NCBI GenBank assembly: GCA_028867755.1
Contig: JAGWFT010000001.1
Location: 1,028,727 to 1,092,726 of the forward strand
Direction of reading: 5' to 3'
DNA length: 64,000 nucleotides
Origin: Nitrososphaerota archaeon
Lineage (GTDB): Archaea; Thermoproteota; Nitrososphaeria; Nitrososphaerales; Nitrosopumilaceae
In this document: piece by piece, positions 1 to 9,676 of the stretch
How the letters are laid out: every line of letters starts with the position of its first letter
Position numbering within the stretch: position 1 is the first letter of the stretch
The notes under the pieces: generated by a model
The model's input: the letters and a program-made list of their open reading frames with translations, nothing else
The model's database searches: none
What the model was told of the DNA's origin: nothing
Translations under genes and position numbers: made by a program

Positions 1-171
1 ACCGGTAGTAATCTTCCTCCTCATGGGATGCCAATAATTTACATAAATGGTCAGCAAGTAGCTTCTAGTCTAAATACTATTGAAATAAAATCGCATGATG
101 AAATCACGGTTGTTTATGGAGTAAAACCCCAAACCCTGCCTACGTCTTACCAATTTTCGCCTGGCTTTTGA
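1..171 (+). CDS. 3' end of a hypothetical protein (partial)
   Basis: Frame 1 is open from the window edge: TGSNLPPHGMPIIYINGQQVASSLNTIEIKSHDEITVVYGVKPQTLPTSYQFSPGF, stop at 169-171. The tail resembles that of 58985-59587 (xNG...D.I.I.YG). Confidence 0.7.
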   Translation, partial: TGSNLPPHGMPIIYINGQQVASSLNTIEIKSHDEITVVYGVKPQTLPTSYQFSPGF

Positions 172-234
172 GATCTACCGTTTTAAGTTGCTTTTTACAG
201 AAAACTTTATGAAAGTAGGACGAAGAGTCCATTC

Positions 235-582
235 ATGATAATTCAAGAAATAACACTGAGTGGTAAAAAATATCGTTTAACACTAACTGATCAACTACTT
301 TCGGATGTACGAAGGCTCAAGGCACTCTATAATGCAGCTTATGAGGATCCAGAAAGCTTTGAAGAAGTAAGCTCTGCCATATCTGACACTATAAACCAAA
401 TAGCTAGTGCTGTGGAGCCAGCAGTTTCTGATAGTGATCTAGACGCTCTAATTCAAGCTGTAATGAAAGCAGTAGACGAAAAAAGCAAGGAGACTGAAGA
501 AGCAAAAGCAAAACATGCTGCCGAGGAAAAGGCAAAAAGTGAAAAAACTAAGATACTAAAACCTAAAAAATCAAAAAAATAA
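235..582 (+). CDS. Conserved hypothetical protein with Lys-rich tail
   Basis: 115-aa ORF with ATG start, helical character and charged C-terminus. Confidence 0.75.
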   Translation: MIIQEITLSGKKYRLTLTDQLLSDVRRLKALYNAAYEDPESFEEVSSAISDTINQIASAVEPAVSDSDLDALIQAVMKAVDEKSKETEEAKAKHAAEEKAKSEKTKILKPKKSKK

Positions 583-657
583 ACAATACAAGTTGAGTGT
601 CTAATCAGAAAACAACCCTCATATTGGTTAAATGTCATAAATACTCAGAAAATATAT

Positions 658-771
658 ATGGCAACTCACTGTGAATGTGGTATCTGTGGTCACGTATCTG
701 AAGAAGACTGTATTTTAAAAGAATGCAAGTGTTGTGTAAACTTTCACATGCGCTCTGGCCCAAAAGTATAA
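658..771 (+). CDS. Cys/His-rich microprotein, metallothionein-like (37 aa)
   Basis: Manual translation MATHCECGICGHVSEEDCILKECKCCVNFHMRSGPKV: 7 Cys and 3 His. Fills an intergenic gap, with an AT-rich TATA-like stretch upstream. Confidence 0.7.
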   Translation: MATHCECGICGHVSEEDCILKECKCCVNFHMRSGPKV

Positions 772-1089
772 TCATTTAATTTTTGATCTTCGTAATATTC
801 CAAATACAGCAATCCCAATCCCTGCAATTCCAATAATGATGGTACAAGTTTGTATGCTTGTTAGAATCTGACAACCTACTGCATAATCCTGTGAAGTATA
901 CGTAGAAACAATTCCTGTCATTGAATCGCAATTCTCAATTCCAGGTCTTGTGAGATAATACATTATAGATGAGATCACAATTATGGCTATGCCATAAGAT
1001 ATAGTGGTTATTTTCATTGCTGGGTGTTTGTTGATATGACATTTATGTTGTAGATATGCCTGTGTTTGCTGTTTATCGTCTTGAACCAA
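772..1089 (-). CDS. Small membrane protein (2 TM)
   Basis: Two hydrophobic segments around a Cys-containing loop; TTG start, true start may be a later ATG. Confidence 0.65.
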   Translation of the reverse strand: MVQDDKQQTQAYLQHKCHINKHPAMKITTISYGIAIIVISSIMYYLTRPGIENCDSMTGIVSTYTSQDYAVGCQILTSIQTCTIIIGIAGIGIAVFGILRRSKIK

Positions 1090-1166
1090 GTTCTACAAAT
1101 ACATGGTCGATTGGTTGATAGTTCAAGTTCTGTAACTTTAAATAAGTACCATCTAAATTTTTTATA

Positions 1167-2498
1167 ATGCGTACTGAAGCGTTTCAAAAATGTATTGATC
1201 CAGCCTGCGGTTTGGAATACTTGATTACTGATATTCGTATAGAATGTGAACGTGGTCATCTACTTGATGTTAAATACAAATCAAAACCGCCTTCTTCGCT
1301 AAAAGAAGTTTTCTATAAACGAAGAAATCATGCAAATAACATATTTAATGAAAGCGGAGTTTGGAGATTTCGAGAACTGCTGAATTTCTGTCAGATTGAT
1401 ACTGAAAGTGCAGATGAATGTTCAAAATATTTGGTATCTTTGGATGGTGCAGAAGGAAGATTGTCAAAACCCTATCACATGTCAAAAGTTTCTGATTATG
1501 TAGGTGTGAAAGACATGTGGCTTCAACCAGAAGGATACAACCCTAGCGGATCTTTCAAAGATAATGGTATGACAACAGCTGTAACTCATGCAAAACTTGT
1601 CAACATAAAGAAAATAATTTGTGCTTCCACTGGCAATACCTCCGCATCAGCTGCAATGTATGCTGCAAATGAGAACATGGAGTGCGATGTATACATTCCT
1701 GCAGGTGAAGTTGCTCCAGGAAAACTAGGTCAAGCTTTTCAGTTTGGTGCCCAAGTGATTGAAATTCAAGGAAACTTTGACGATGCACTTTCAACTTCGC
1801 TTAAACGAGCAGGTGAGGTGGGAGGGTACACCGTTAATTCAGTAAATCCTTTTAGAATCGAGGGACAAAAGACAATAGTTTTTAGAGCATTAGAATCGCT
1901 TGACTGGAATGCTCCAGATTGGATTGTGTATCCAGGTGGTGCACTTGGCAACACATCTAGTTGTGGAAAAAGCTTGATGGAGTTGTATGAATGGGGATGG
2001 ATAAAAAAAATACCACGTATCGCAGTAGTTAATTCTGAGGGTGCAAATACGCTCTACACACTTTACAACGGCAAGTTTGAAGAATCTGAATTAAGATGGA
2101 ATAAGGGAAAACCAGATACAAATTTAATAAAAAAATATTATGAGTTCATGGATGAAAAAGGAATAAGGCCAAAAACAAAAGCAACTGCAATTCAAATTGC
2201 AAAACCAGCTAACATCCTAAAGGGAATCAGAGCGCTAGAATTTACTGATGGTATAGTCACTCAAGTCTCTGATAGCGAAATGCTAGATGGAATGGCTTTG
2301 GTTGGCCTAAATGGATTTGATTGTGAGATGGCCTCAGGTGCAGTTCCTGCAGGGATAAAAAAATTGATGCATGAAGAAGTTATTAAAAAAGATGATACTG
2401 TGATAGGAATTTTGACTGGTAGACAAAAGGACTCAAGCATACCTGTAGACTATCACAAGAACTCGCAGAATAGATTTGCAATTCCGCCCAGATCCTAG
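1167..2498 (+). CDS. thrC: Threonine synthase
   Basis: PLP motif NPSGSFKDNGM, CASTGNTSAS, NSVNPFRIEGQKT; N-terminal Cys-rich segment. Confidence 0.93.
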   Translation: MRTEAFQKCIDPACGLEYLITDIRIECERGHLLDVKYKSKPPSSLKEVFYKRRNHANNIFNESGVWRFRELLNFCQIDTESADECSKYLVSLDGAEGRLSKPYHMSKVSDYVGVKDMWLQPEGYNPSGSFKDNGMTTAVTHAKLVNIKKIICASTGNTSASAAMYAANENMECDVYIPAGEVAPGKLGQAFQFGAQVIEIQGNFDDALSTSLKRAGEVGGYTVNSVNPFRIEGQKTIVFRALESLDWNAPDWIVYPGGALGNTSSCGKSLMELYEWGWIKKIPRIAVVNSEGANTLYTLYNGKFEESELRWNKGKPDTNLIKKYYEFMDEKGIRPKTKATAIQIAKPANILKGIRALEFTDGIVTQVSDSEMLDGMALVGLNGFDCEMASGAVPAGIKKLMHEEVIKKDDTVIGILTGRQKDSSIPVDYHKNSQNRFAIPPRS

Positions 2499-3394
2499 TC
2501 GTGTTCTGGTTCTGGAATTATGATGACTCTAATTAGACCCATCTCGTTTTTTACAACTGATATCATAGTCTTGACAATCCTACTTGTTTCATCAAGCCTT
2601 GTTTCGTCTGGTAGCAGGATATGTATTTCTGCATTAAACTCGCTGCCTGTAGGTCTTAGAAATACATCTTTTGTTTTGATTTTAAATCTCGTGAGTATGA
2701 GATTTTTTATATCTTCTATCATCTGTGGGTTGTCTACTGCATCCACTAAGACAAGTGTAGATTCACGAATTGCTGTATAGGCCATTAAAAATATGTAGCC
2801 TGCAATTATTATGCCACCGATTGCATCCATGAACTTAAAACTAGTGTAAGTGCCAACAAACACACTAGCAAATCCAACAAAAGATGCAGTGCCGTCTTTG
2901 ATTGAATTTTTAGCATCAAGTTTGAGAGATATTAGATTTGACTCCATGGCAACTTTTCTTATCAAAAATGCACGATGCAATGAAAGGCCTCCCGCTATGA
3001 CAAGTGTGACCATTGTTATCTCTGGAAAGTGAGTTTCAACATGATTGAATAATGTTCCAACTGCCCTATACGTGATGAGTGCTCCCAAGACTACAATTAT
3101 TATGGCTGCAGTAAAGGCAGCAAGTACCTCCACCTTACGATACCCAAAAGGAAACAGGGTGCTCTTCGGTTTTCTAGTCATGCTAATCCCAAACCAAACT
3201 ATGAAAGATATCATAGAGTCAGCAAGTGAGTCTAACCCGTCTGCTGTGAGGGTGATACTTCCTGTAAATATAGTTACAACTAACTCGGCCACTCCTATTG
3301 CAGCAAGTGTAATAACAGACTGTTTTGCAGCAAGTTGAGCTTTGTTTAAAACATCATGATGTCTGAGTTCTTTGTTTTTTTCTGTAGACCCCAA
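2495..3394 (-). CDS. Cation diffusion facilitator (CDF) transporter
   Basis: ADGLDSLADS, FPFGY-K-E motif, several TM helices, C-terminal dimerisation domain. Confidence 0.88.
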   Translation of the reverse strand: MGSTEKNKELRHHDVLNKAQLAAKQSVITLAAIGVAELVVTIFTGSITLTADGLDSLADSMISFIVWFGISMTRKPKSTLFPFGYRKVEVLAAFTAAIIIVVLGALITYRAVGTLFNHVETHFPEITMVTLVIAGGLSLHRAFLIRKVAMESNLISLKLDAKNSIKDGTASFVGFASVFVGTYTSFKFMDAIGGIIIAGYIFLMAYTAIRESTLVLVDAVDNPQMIEDIKNLILTRFKIKTKDVFLRPTGSEFNAEIHILLPDETRLDETSRIVKTMISVVKNEMGLIRVIIIPEPEHD

Positions 3395-3447
3395 TTTAGA
3401 ATCTAATCGATAATAACGTACATTTCGCTCTTTTTAAACGATATTGT

Positions 3448-4497
3448 CTATTGGCGTCTGAAATGCTCTTCAAGCATCCTTTTTTTCTCTGCCATGTGAA
3501 ATAATTCTTCGGTATGTCTGAACGCATCTTCTTTCTTTCTTTTAAACAACATAGCTTGCATGAGTAGGTGATTTTCTGGTACTACTATTCCGGTCTGATC
3601 GTCAGAATATGTCAATTTTACAACATCGTCTTGTACCTCGATAAGATCAGCATGTAAGTGGATCATGTTAGTGTCTTTGAAACTAAACTTGATTGATTCA
3701 GCATAATCTCTAATGTCTTTTGTTCCTTTTGCACTATACAATGTAGCTACACCGTATTCGTTTTTGTAAATACTGATTATCTCTGCCGCATTAGGTGCAG
3801 AACCATCAAATCGTATGTCCATTGAATGTACATGCATCTGCCTAGTGGGAACTTTGAAAGCACGTATGAACAAAGGCGTGTCTGCCCCCATGTAGCTTTT
3901 TACATCTTCGTCATGATGTGGCTTGTGGCTCCATTCGATAGAGTCTTTTACTTCTGTCTTCGAATCTTCCAAATCGGCCCATCTTCGAATTAATATTGCA
4001 TCAAGTCTCTTTATTTTTTTACCATATTTTTCTTTGAGGGGTTGAATGATTCTTCCCATACCTGTGACATTACAGCTTCCTTGCATCACAAATTGTCTGT
4101 CAAATGTTTTCTCATAATTCACTCTAGAGTTGAAGATGAGTTGTGCTACTGATTCTTCTCCTGTGATTTTCTCCCCTCCTTGAAAGATAGCTCGTGTATT
4201 TTTTGGCTCATAGAGTGTTTTCTTGTTTGCATATCCTGCCCCTCCCGGAGATGCATCTATTACAAGATCACAATCTGAGATTATATCTTCTATAGTTCCT
4301 GAAATATTAAAATTCTTAAAACTAGCAACCTTGTTTTTTGGGACGTAGACCTTGAAACCTCTTGATATTGCATCTGTAACCTTTTCATCAGGAGAGTGTT
4401 TTCCTATGCCTGCTACTTCTATGTCCTGATCATCTGCTATGAATTGTGCTATTCTACTTCCTATTGATCCATATCCATTTACAAAAACACGCTTCAT
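3448..4497 (-). CDS. gap: Archaeal type II glyceraldehyde-3-phosphate dehydrogenase
   Basis: VNGYGSIGSR dinucleotide fold, catalytic GSCNVTG, FQGGEK. Confidence 0.93.
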   Translation of the reverse strand: MKRVFVNGYGSIGSRIAQFIADDQDIEVAGIGKHSPDEKVTDAISRGFKVYVPKNKVASFKNFNISGTIEDIISDCDLVIDASPGGAGYANKKTLYEPKNTRAIFQGGEKITGEESVAQLIFNSRVNYEKTFDRQFVMQGSCNVTGMGRIIQPLKEKYGKKIKRLDAILIRRWADLEDSKTEVKDSIEWSHKPHHDEDVKSYMGADTPLFIRAFKVPTRQMHVHSMDIRFDGSAPNAAEIISIYKNEYGVATLYSAKGTKDIRDYAESIKFSFKDTNMIHLHADLIEVQDDVVKLTYSDDQTGIVVPENHLLMQAMLFKRKKEDAFRHTEELFHMAEKKRMLEEHFRRQ

Positions 4498-4575
4498 ATT
4501 TTTTTGTTAGATGATTCCCTCTTATTTAGATACCCTTGATAAGAACTAAATAGACTCAAAATTCTGATAGAATTA

Positions 4576-5277
4576 TTGAAGATACATCTACCATCCATTG
4601 GAATTGGTGTTGGTATCGCAGCTGTTGTGATTGTAGTTTTTCTAATTTATGGACAAGGTATAATGAAAACATCTCCAGATATTGCTACTCCTCAAAATCT
4701 ACAGAACTCAAGCCAAAAGATAGGTCTTGATACTATCACAGGTAATGCATCTCCTGTGCTGGGCTCCGAAAACGCTCCAATAACAATGATAGAGTTTGGA
4801 GATTACCAATGTTTTTACTGTAATAATTTTTTTCATAACACTGAATCAGACATAGTAAAGAATTATGTCGATACAGGCAAGGTCAAGATGTACTTCAAAG
4901 ATTTTACTATAATAGGCCAGGACTCTGTCACTGCTGCAAATGCAGCACATTGTGCCCAAGAGCAAGGCAAGTTTTGGGAGTATCACGATATGTTGTATAA
5001 TAACTGGTCAGGCGAGAACACTGGTTGGGCTTCTCCTACAAACGTGTCCCAGTTTGCAAAACAATTGGATCTAAACCAAGACCAGTTTAATCAATGCATG
5101 ACTCAGACAAAGTATGCCGCAGTTGTTCGTAGCAGTGTCTCTGACGCTAATAACCTTGGTCTTACAGGCACGCCTGATTTTTTCATAATTGGGCCTGATA
5201 ATTCTGTTACGAAGGTGGTTGGAGCTCAACCATATGACGTATTTGATGAGATTTTCAAGTCTAAACTGCAATCTTGA
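4576..5277 (+). CDS. Membrane-anchored DsbA/BdbD-family thiol:disulfide oxidoreductase
   Basis: N-terminal TM, EFGDYQCFYC, GTP cis-Pro loop, VVGAQPY. Confidence 0.88.
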   Translation: MKIHLPSIGIGVGIAAVVIVVFLIYGQGIMKTSPDIATPQNLQNSSQKIGLDTITGNASPVLGSENAPITMIEFGDYQCFYCNNFFHNTESDIVKNYVDTGKVKMYFKDFTIIGQDSVTAANAAHCAQEQGKFWEYHDMLYNNWSGENTGWASPTNVSQFAKQLDLNQDQFNQCMTQTKYAAVVRSSVSDANNLGLTGTPDFFIIGPDNSVTKVVGAQPYDVFDEIFKSKLQS

Positions 5278-5383
5278 GGTATTTCTCGCGTGTTTTATCA
5301 AAAAACTAAATAAAAAATACTGTTTTATGAGATCAAATTTGACTCTCAAAATGCTTATATTTGTTACACCGAAGGTTTAGCTG

Positions 5384-6778
5384 TTGGCTGCAGGTATAGA
5401 TGACATAGCCATCTACGTTCCGAGGTTATTTGTAGATGCACGAGATTTTGCAAAAGCTCGAGGCATGGATCCAGATAAGCTTCAACGTGGACTAGGAGTT
5501 TCTCAAATGGCTATTGTAGATACTAATCAAGATCCTGCATGCATGGCAGCAAACGCATGTTTGAGATTGTTGGAGCGAAACAAAATTGCCCCTAAGGATG
5601 TTGGAAGGCTTTACGTAGCTACTGAATCCTCACTTGACGAATCAAAAGCAATGAACTCTTATGTTATAGGTATGTTGGAGCAGGTTTACGGCAATGATTC
5701 CTTGGAACATTGTGGAGGAATTGAGTGCAAATTTGCATGTGTTAGTGGTTCATATGCATTATATGATAATTCAAACTGGATTAGAGCTGGCGAAGCTGAA
5801 GGAAAACATGCAATTGTAGTTGTTTCTGACATTGCCAAATATGATCTTGGTTCTAGTGGGGAATACACTCAAGGTGCAGGTGCTGTTGCAATGCTACTAA
5901 ATGACGAGCCAAGAATTATGACTTTTGATCCAAAGGTAACATCTACTTCGATAAAAAATGAATATGATTTCTATAGACCATTTGGGAAGGAAACGCCAAT
6001 TGTCAACGGCCAATATTCTAACCTCCTTTACATGATTCAAGTAAAGAAGGCATTAATGGCGTATAAAGAAAAAGCACTCTCCACAGGGTTGATTAAACTA
6101 AAGGAAGGCGAAACACTCTTGGATTATATCGATTTCATAAACATGCATCTTCCATATAGCAACATGGGCAAGAAAGCGCTTGCCTATCTGTTAAGACATG
6201 AATGGAGAAGTATGCCGTACTGGAAAGGAATAATCGAAAAGATGGGAATGGAAGAACCAGCCCCCAAAGACCCAAGAGGCACCATAGAATCTGTTCTTGC
6301 AGATGAGGAATTCATGGCAAAAGACCATGAGTTTACAAAACGATTTACACAAACTGATGAATTCCAAGAGGCCTATGATTCAAAACTTGCAAGCTCATTG
6401 ATTGCATCTAGAGTAGTTGGAAATTTGTATACTGCATCGCTCTACATGGGATTTAGAAGCTGTCTTGAGTTTGAGTTTCAAAAAGGAACTGATCTTGAAG
6501 GAAAAAGGTTCGGATTTGGTTCGTATGGAAGTGGTAGCAGTGCGATGGTTTTTAGTGGTGTGGTCATGCCAAGGTATAAAGAAATCGTAAAAGACATGAA
6601 TTTAGAGCTAGAAATAGGCAATAGAATAAAAGTCTCACTTGAAGAATATGAAGAGATTCACGAAAATAAAAGAAGCCCAAGTGAAAATCTTCTTGATAGT
6701 AAAAAAGAGTTTGTCCTAGTCGGGGTGGAAAATACCCCTGAAATGCGTGGTCAACGCAAATATGTTTTCAAAGAGTAA
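5384..6778 (+). CDS. mvaS: Hydroxymethylglutaryl-CoA synthase
   Basis: ATES, catalytic ACVSG, EYTQGAGAVA, HLPY, GNLYTASLY, SYGSG. Confidence 0.93.
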   Translation: MAAGIDDIAIYVPRLFVDARDFAKARGMDPDKLQRGLGVSQMAIVDTNQDPACMAANACLRLLERNKIAPKDVGRLYVATESSLDESKAMNSYVIGMLEQVYGNDSLEHCGGIECKFACVSGSYALYDNSNWIRAGEAEGKHAIVVVSDIAKYDLGSSGEYTQGAGAVAMLLNDEPRIMTFDPKVTSTSIKNEYDFYRPFGKETPIVNGQYSNLLYMIQVKKALMAYKEKALSTGLIKLKEGETLLDYIDFINMHLPYSNMGKKALAYLLRHEWRSMPYWKGIIEKMGMEEPAPKDPRGTIESVLADEEFMAKDHEFTKRFTQTDEFQEAYDSKLASSLIASRVVGNLYTASLYMGFRSCLEFEFQKGTDLEGKRFGFGSYGSGSSAMVFSGVVMPRYKEIVKDMNLELEIGNRIKVSLEEYEEIHENKRSPSENLLDSKKEFVLVGVENTPEMRGQRKYVFKE

Positions 6779-6853
6779 AACAAGATTTTTTGATCTAAAC
6801 GATCACTGAAAATCAACAAAAAAGATATAAAATCATAAATTTCTAAGAAAAAC

Positions 6854-6979
6854 ATGAAAGATCGTTCAATGCCTGTCTGTTTTACTGCAGAACAATATGG
6901 TAAGATTGAGCAAATTGCAAAGCAAAAAGGAATGCTCGGTGTAGACCAGCTTATCGAAGAAACCCTAAATGAACTATAA
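6854..6979 (+). CDS. 41-aa ribbon-helix-helix-like microprotein
   Basis: Manual translation MKDRSMPVCFTAEQYGKIEQIAKQKGMLGVDQLIEETLNEL: strand-helix-helix pattern, ATG start. Confidence 0.6.
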   Translation: MKDRSMPVCFTAEQYGKIEQIAKQKGMLGVDQLIEETLNEL

Positions 6980-7038
6980 AAAACATCGATAAGTTCTTCT
7001 TTTTCATTCTTGCCTAACTATCAATCTTTTTTAATAGA

Positions 7039-7467
7039 TTGGATTTATTTTATGGTGTGGGCCTATTCGGACAAAAATATGCAATCTGTACAATTTGTAA
7101 AAAACAGATCACTCATAAACACAAACCAAAAAATGAATGGCAGATAGAAGGCCCTCTCTGTGGTGACTGTTATGTTACTCAAATGCAAAAATTCTACGAT
7201 CTTAGCTTAAAACAAAAATGCATTATTTGCGGCGCAGAAAAAGATGTACCTGACATGTGGGAGCCAAGATATCAGTGGGATATGAAAGGCCTACTCTGTA
7301 AGACCTGTTTTGATGAAAAAGAACAAGAATATGGAAACTTGAAGGCATTCTGTAAGATTTGTGGAAAAAAGCTTGGCACTATACGGTATAACCCTAAAAC
7401 CAAATGGAACGTCGGTGGGCAATTATGCAGGGAGTGCTGGGACTCTCAAAAGGCAAAGATGGGTTAA
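7039..7467 (+). CDS. Cys-rich protein with three tandem Zn-finger-like repeats (6 CxxC)
   Basis: Three repeats of CxxC...W-x3-G-x-L-CxxC; real start may be GTG at 7057 (MGLFG). Confidence 0.8.
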   Translation: MDLFYGVGLFGQKYAICTICKKQITHKHKPKNEWQIEGPLCGDCYVTQMQKFYDLSLKQKCIICGAEKDVPDMWEPRYQWDMKGLLCKTCFDEKEQEYGNLKAFCKICGKKLGTIRYNPKTKWNVGGQLCRECWDSQKAKMG

Positions 7468-7469
7468 GT

Positions 7470-7670
7470 ATGCATCTCTTCAAGAAACATAAATGTTCAA
7501 AATGTGATAGAAAATTTGGTCAACGTGAAGAGCTAATGCACCATGAACAAATATCTCATAGCAGCTCAGTATATGATTGCAAAGAATGTAATCTTAATTT
7601 TTCAAGCATGGAAGAGATGAGAACACATTTGCAAAGAACTCATAGTTATAGAGGAAATAGAGAGTCCTAG
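7470..7670 (+). CDS. Tandem C2H2 zinc-finger protein (66 aa)
   Basis: CSKC-x12-HEQISH and CKEC-x12-HLQRTH; ATG at 7470, 2 nt after the upstream stop (track start 7404 is too early). Confidence 0.85.
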   Translation: MHLFKKHKCSKCDRKFGQREELMHHEQISHSSSVYDCKECNLNFSSMEEMRTHLQRTHSYRGNRES

Positions 7671-7876
7671 AATGCTTTTACTGTCTTTACTATTGGCGGC
7701 CTTACCTTTGTAAAAACTCTGAAACCGCAAATGCATTTTATTTCTGGAAGTCTTGTCAGTTCTGATTGGCTTACTCTAGTACCACATCTCATACATGCAT
7801 AAAATACACTAAAACTAGCTGGTTTTTCTTCTTGTATGATATTTTCTTGGACAGGTTCATCAGACATGACTGACAA
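7667..7876 (-). CDS. rpoP: RNA polymerase subunit Rpo12 (P)
   Basis: YACMRCG...IKCICGFRVFTKVRPP zinc ribbon; follows rpsJ. Confidence 0.9.
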   Translation of the reverse strand: MSVMSDEPVQENIIQEEKPASFSVFYACMRCGTRVSQSELTRLPEIKCICGFRVFTKVRPPIVKTVKAF

Positions 7877-7908
7877 TAAAATTATCTGTAATTTAAGGCT
7901 AACAAAAA

Positions 7909-8217
7909 CTACTTGAGTGTAAGTTCGATATACACATCGTTTGGGATCTTGATTCTCATCAGTTGTCTGATTGCTCTGTCGTCAGCACTCAAATCTATAA
8001 CTCGACGATGTATTCTCATTTCCCATTTTTCATATGTGTGTGTACCTTGTCCGCATGGTGACTTGCGTGTTACTACATTGAGTCTTTTTACTGGTAGTGG
8101 TGTAGGACCTTTTACTTTGACGCCTGTCTTCTCGCCTATTCCTTTTATTTCACTGCAGACTCCATCCAGCCTTTGTAAACTCGTGCTTGTTAGTTTTATC
8201 CTTGCTGTCTGGGTCAT
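7909..8217 (-). CDS. rpsJ: 30S ribosomal protein S10 (uS10)
   Basis: GPTPLP, RKSPCGQG, WEMRIHRRVIDL. Confidence 0.97.
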   Translation of the reverse strand: MTQTARIKLTSTSLQRLDGVCSEIKGIGEKTGVKVKGPTPLPVKRLNVVTRKSPCGQGTHTYEKWEMRIHRRVIDLSADDRAIRQLMRIKIPNDVYIELTLK

Positions 8218-8225
8218 TCAGATCA

Positions 8226-9566
8226 CTATTTAGTGAACTTTTCAGTGATCTCTTTTACTATACCTGCAGCAATTGTTGCACCCATGTCTCTGAGGGCAAA
8301 TCTTCCAAGCTCTGGAAAGTCTTGGAATGTCTCGATTGGTAATGGTCGCACTGGTTTGATTCTAACTATAGCTGAATCGCCTGCCTTCAAGAATTTTGGA
8401 TCTTTTTCCTCGATTGCACCTGATTGTGGGTTGATCTTGGCCTCAAATGCAACTATTGTAGCTGCAACTTGGGCTGTATGTGCATGCATTACTGGTGTAT
8501 ATCCAGGTGCAATAGCTGTCGGATGATGAATTACTATAATCTGTGCTCTGAATTCTTTTGCAACGTTTGGTGGGCTATCTGGTGATCCAATCACATCACC
8601 TCTCTTGATATCTTTCTTTTCGATACCTCTGAGGTTAAACCCGATGTTGTCTCCAGGCTCTGCAGATTCTAGCTGGGTGTGGTGTGTTTCAATACTCTTG
8701 ATTTCTCCTAAGGCCCCTGATGGCATGACAACTATCTTCATGTTAGGCTTGGCAACTCCGGTCTCTACACGACCAACTGGTACTGTTCCAACACCTGTAA
8801 TTGTATACACATCTTGTACTGGAATTCTTAATGGTTTGTTAGTTGGCTTGTCTGGAAGTTTGAATTCGTCAAATGCTTCATACAGTGTTTTTCCTGTCCA
8901 CCATGCCATACTTGGTGATTTTTTTACCAAGTTATCTCCCTTCCATCCTGAAACTGGGATTATAGGAACTTGTTCAAGTTTGTAACCTACTGATTTTAGC
9001 AATTTTTCAGCTTTTTCTTTTGCTACTTTGTAAGCCTGTTCAGAATAATTACTGTCATCCATTTTATTGATGGCTACCACCAATTGAGCCACTCCCAGTG
9101 TTCTTAGCAAGAATGCGTGTTCTCTTGCTTGTCCTCCTGGGGCAGTAGCAGTGTCTGTTTCTCCTTCCTTTGCGGAAAGCACGAGAACAGCACAATCTGC
9201 TTCTGAGGCTCCAGTAATCATGTTTTTGATAAAGTCTCTATGTCCTGGGGCATCAATTAATGTGAAGAAGTATTTTGGAGATTCAAACTTTTGAAATGCT
9301 AAATCTATTGTAATTCCTCTCTCTCTTTCATCTTTTATATTGTCCATGACCCATGCATACTTGAAAGTATCACCCTTGCCAGTCTTTTCTGACTCGGCAG
9401 CATGAGAAGCAATCGTTCTCTCATCTACAAGACCTAGTTCCATGAGGAAGTGACCCATAGTTGTAGACTTGCCGTTATCGATGTGACCGACAACGATCAT
9501 GTTTAAGTGTGGTTTTTTGCTTGCAGCGCTCATACCGACCATTGAAGACTTGGGCTTTATTACCAT
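8226..9566 (-). CDS. tuf: Translation elongation factor EF-1 alpha
   Basis: GHIDNGKST, RGITID, DAPGHRDFIKNMITG, NKMD; real start probably at MSAASKKPH. Confidence 0.98.
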   Translation of the reverse strand: MVIKPKSSMVGMSAASKKPHLNMIVVGHIDNGKSTTMGHFLMELGLVDERTIASHAAESEKTGKGDTFKYAWVMDNIKDERERGITIDLAFQKFESPKYFFTLIDAPGHRDFIKNMITGASEADCAVLVLSAKEGETDTATAPGGQAREHAFLLRTLGVAQLVVAINKMDDSNYSEQAYKVAKEKAEKLLKSVGYKLEQVPIIPVSGWKGDNLVKKSPSMAWWTGKTLYEAFDEFKLPDKPTNKPLRIPVQDVYTITGVGTVPVGRVETGVAKPNMKIVVMPSGALGEIKSIETHHTQLESAEPGDNIGFNLRGIEKKDIKRGDVIGSPDSPPNVAKEFRAQIIVIHHPTAIAPGYTPVMHAHTAQVAATIVAFEAKINPQSGAIEEKDPKFLKAGDSAIVRIKPVRPLPIETFQDFPELGRFALRDMGATIAAGIVKEITEKFTK

Positions 9567-9676
9567 TTCGATTTTTTAAAATTGTTTTTGGTAATTTTTC
9601 AATAAATTGCGGTCTGATCTTTTGCTTACCTTATTTTTCACATACTATAAATCGAGGAATTTTATGACTAAACACA

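Noticed and set aside
7404-7469. N-terminal extension of the C2H2 protein in the ORF track
   Set aside because: It overlaps the upstream gene by 64 nt; ATG at 7470 gives normal operon spacing.
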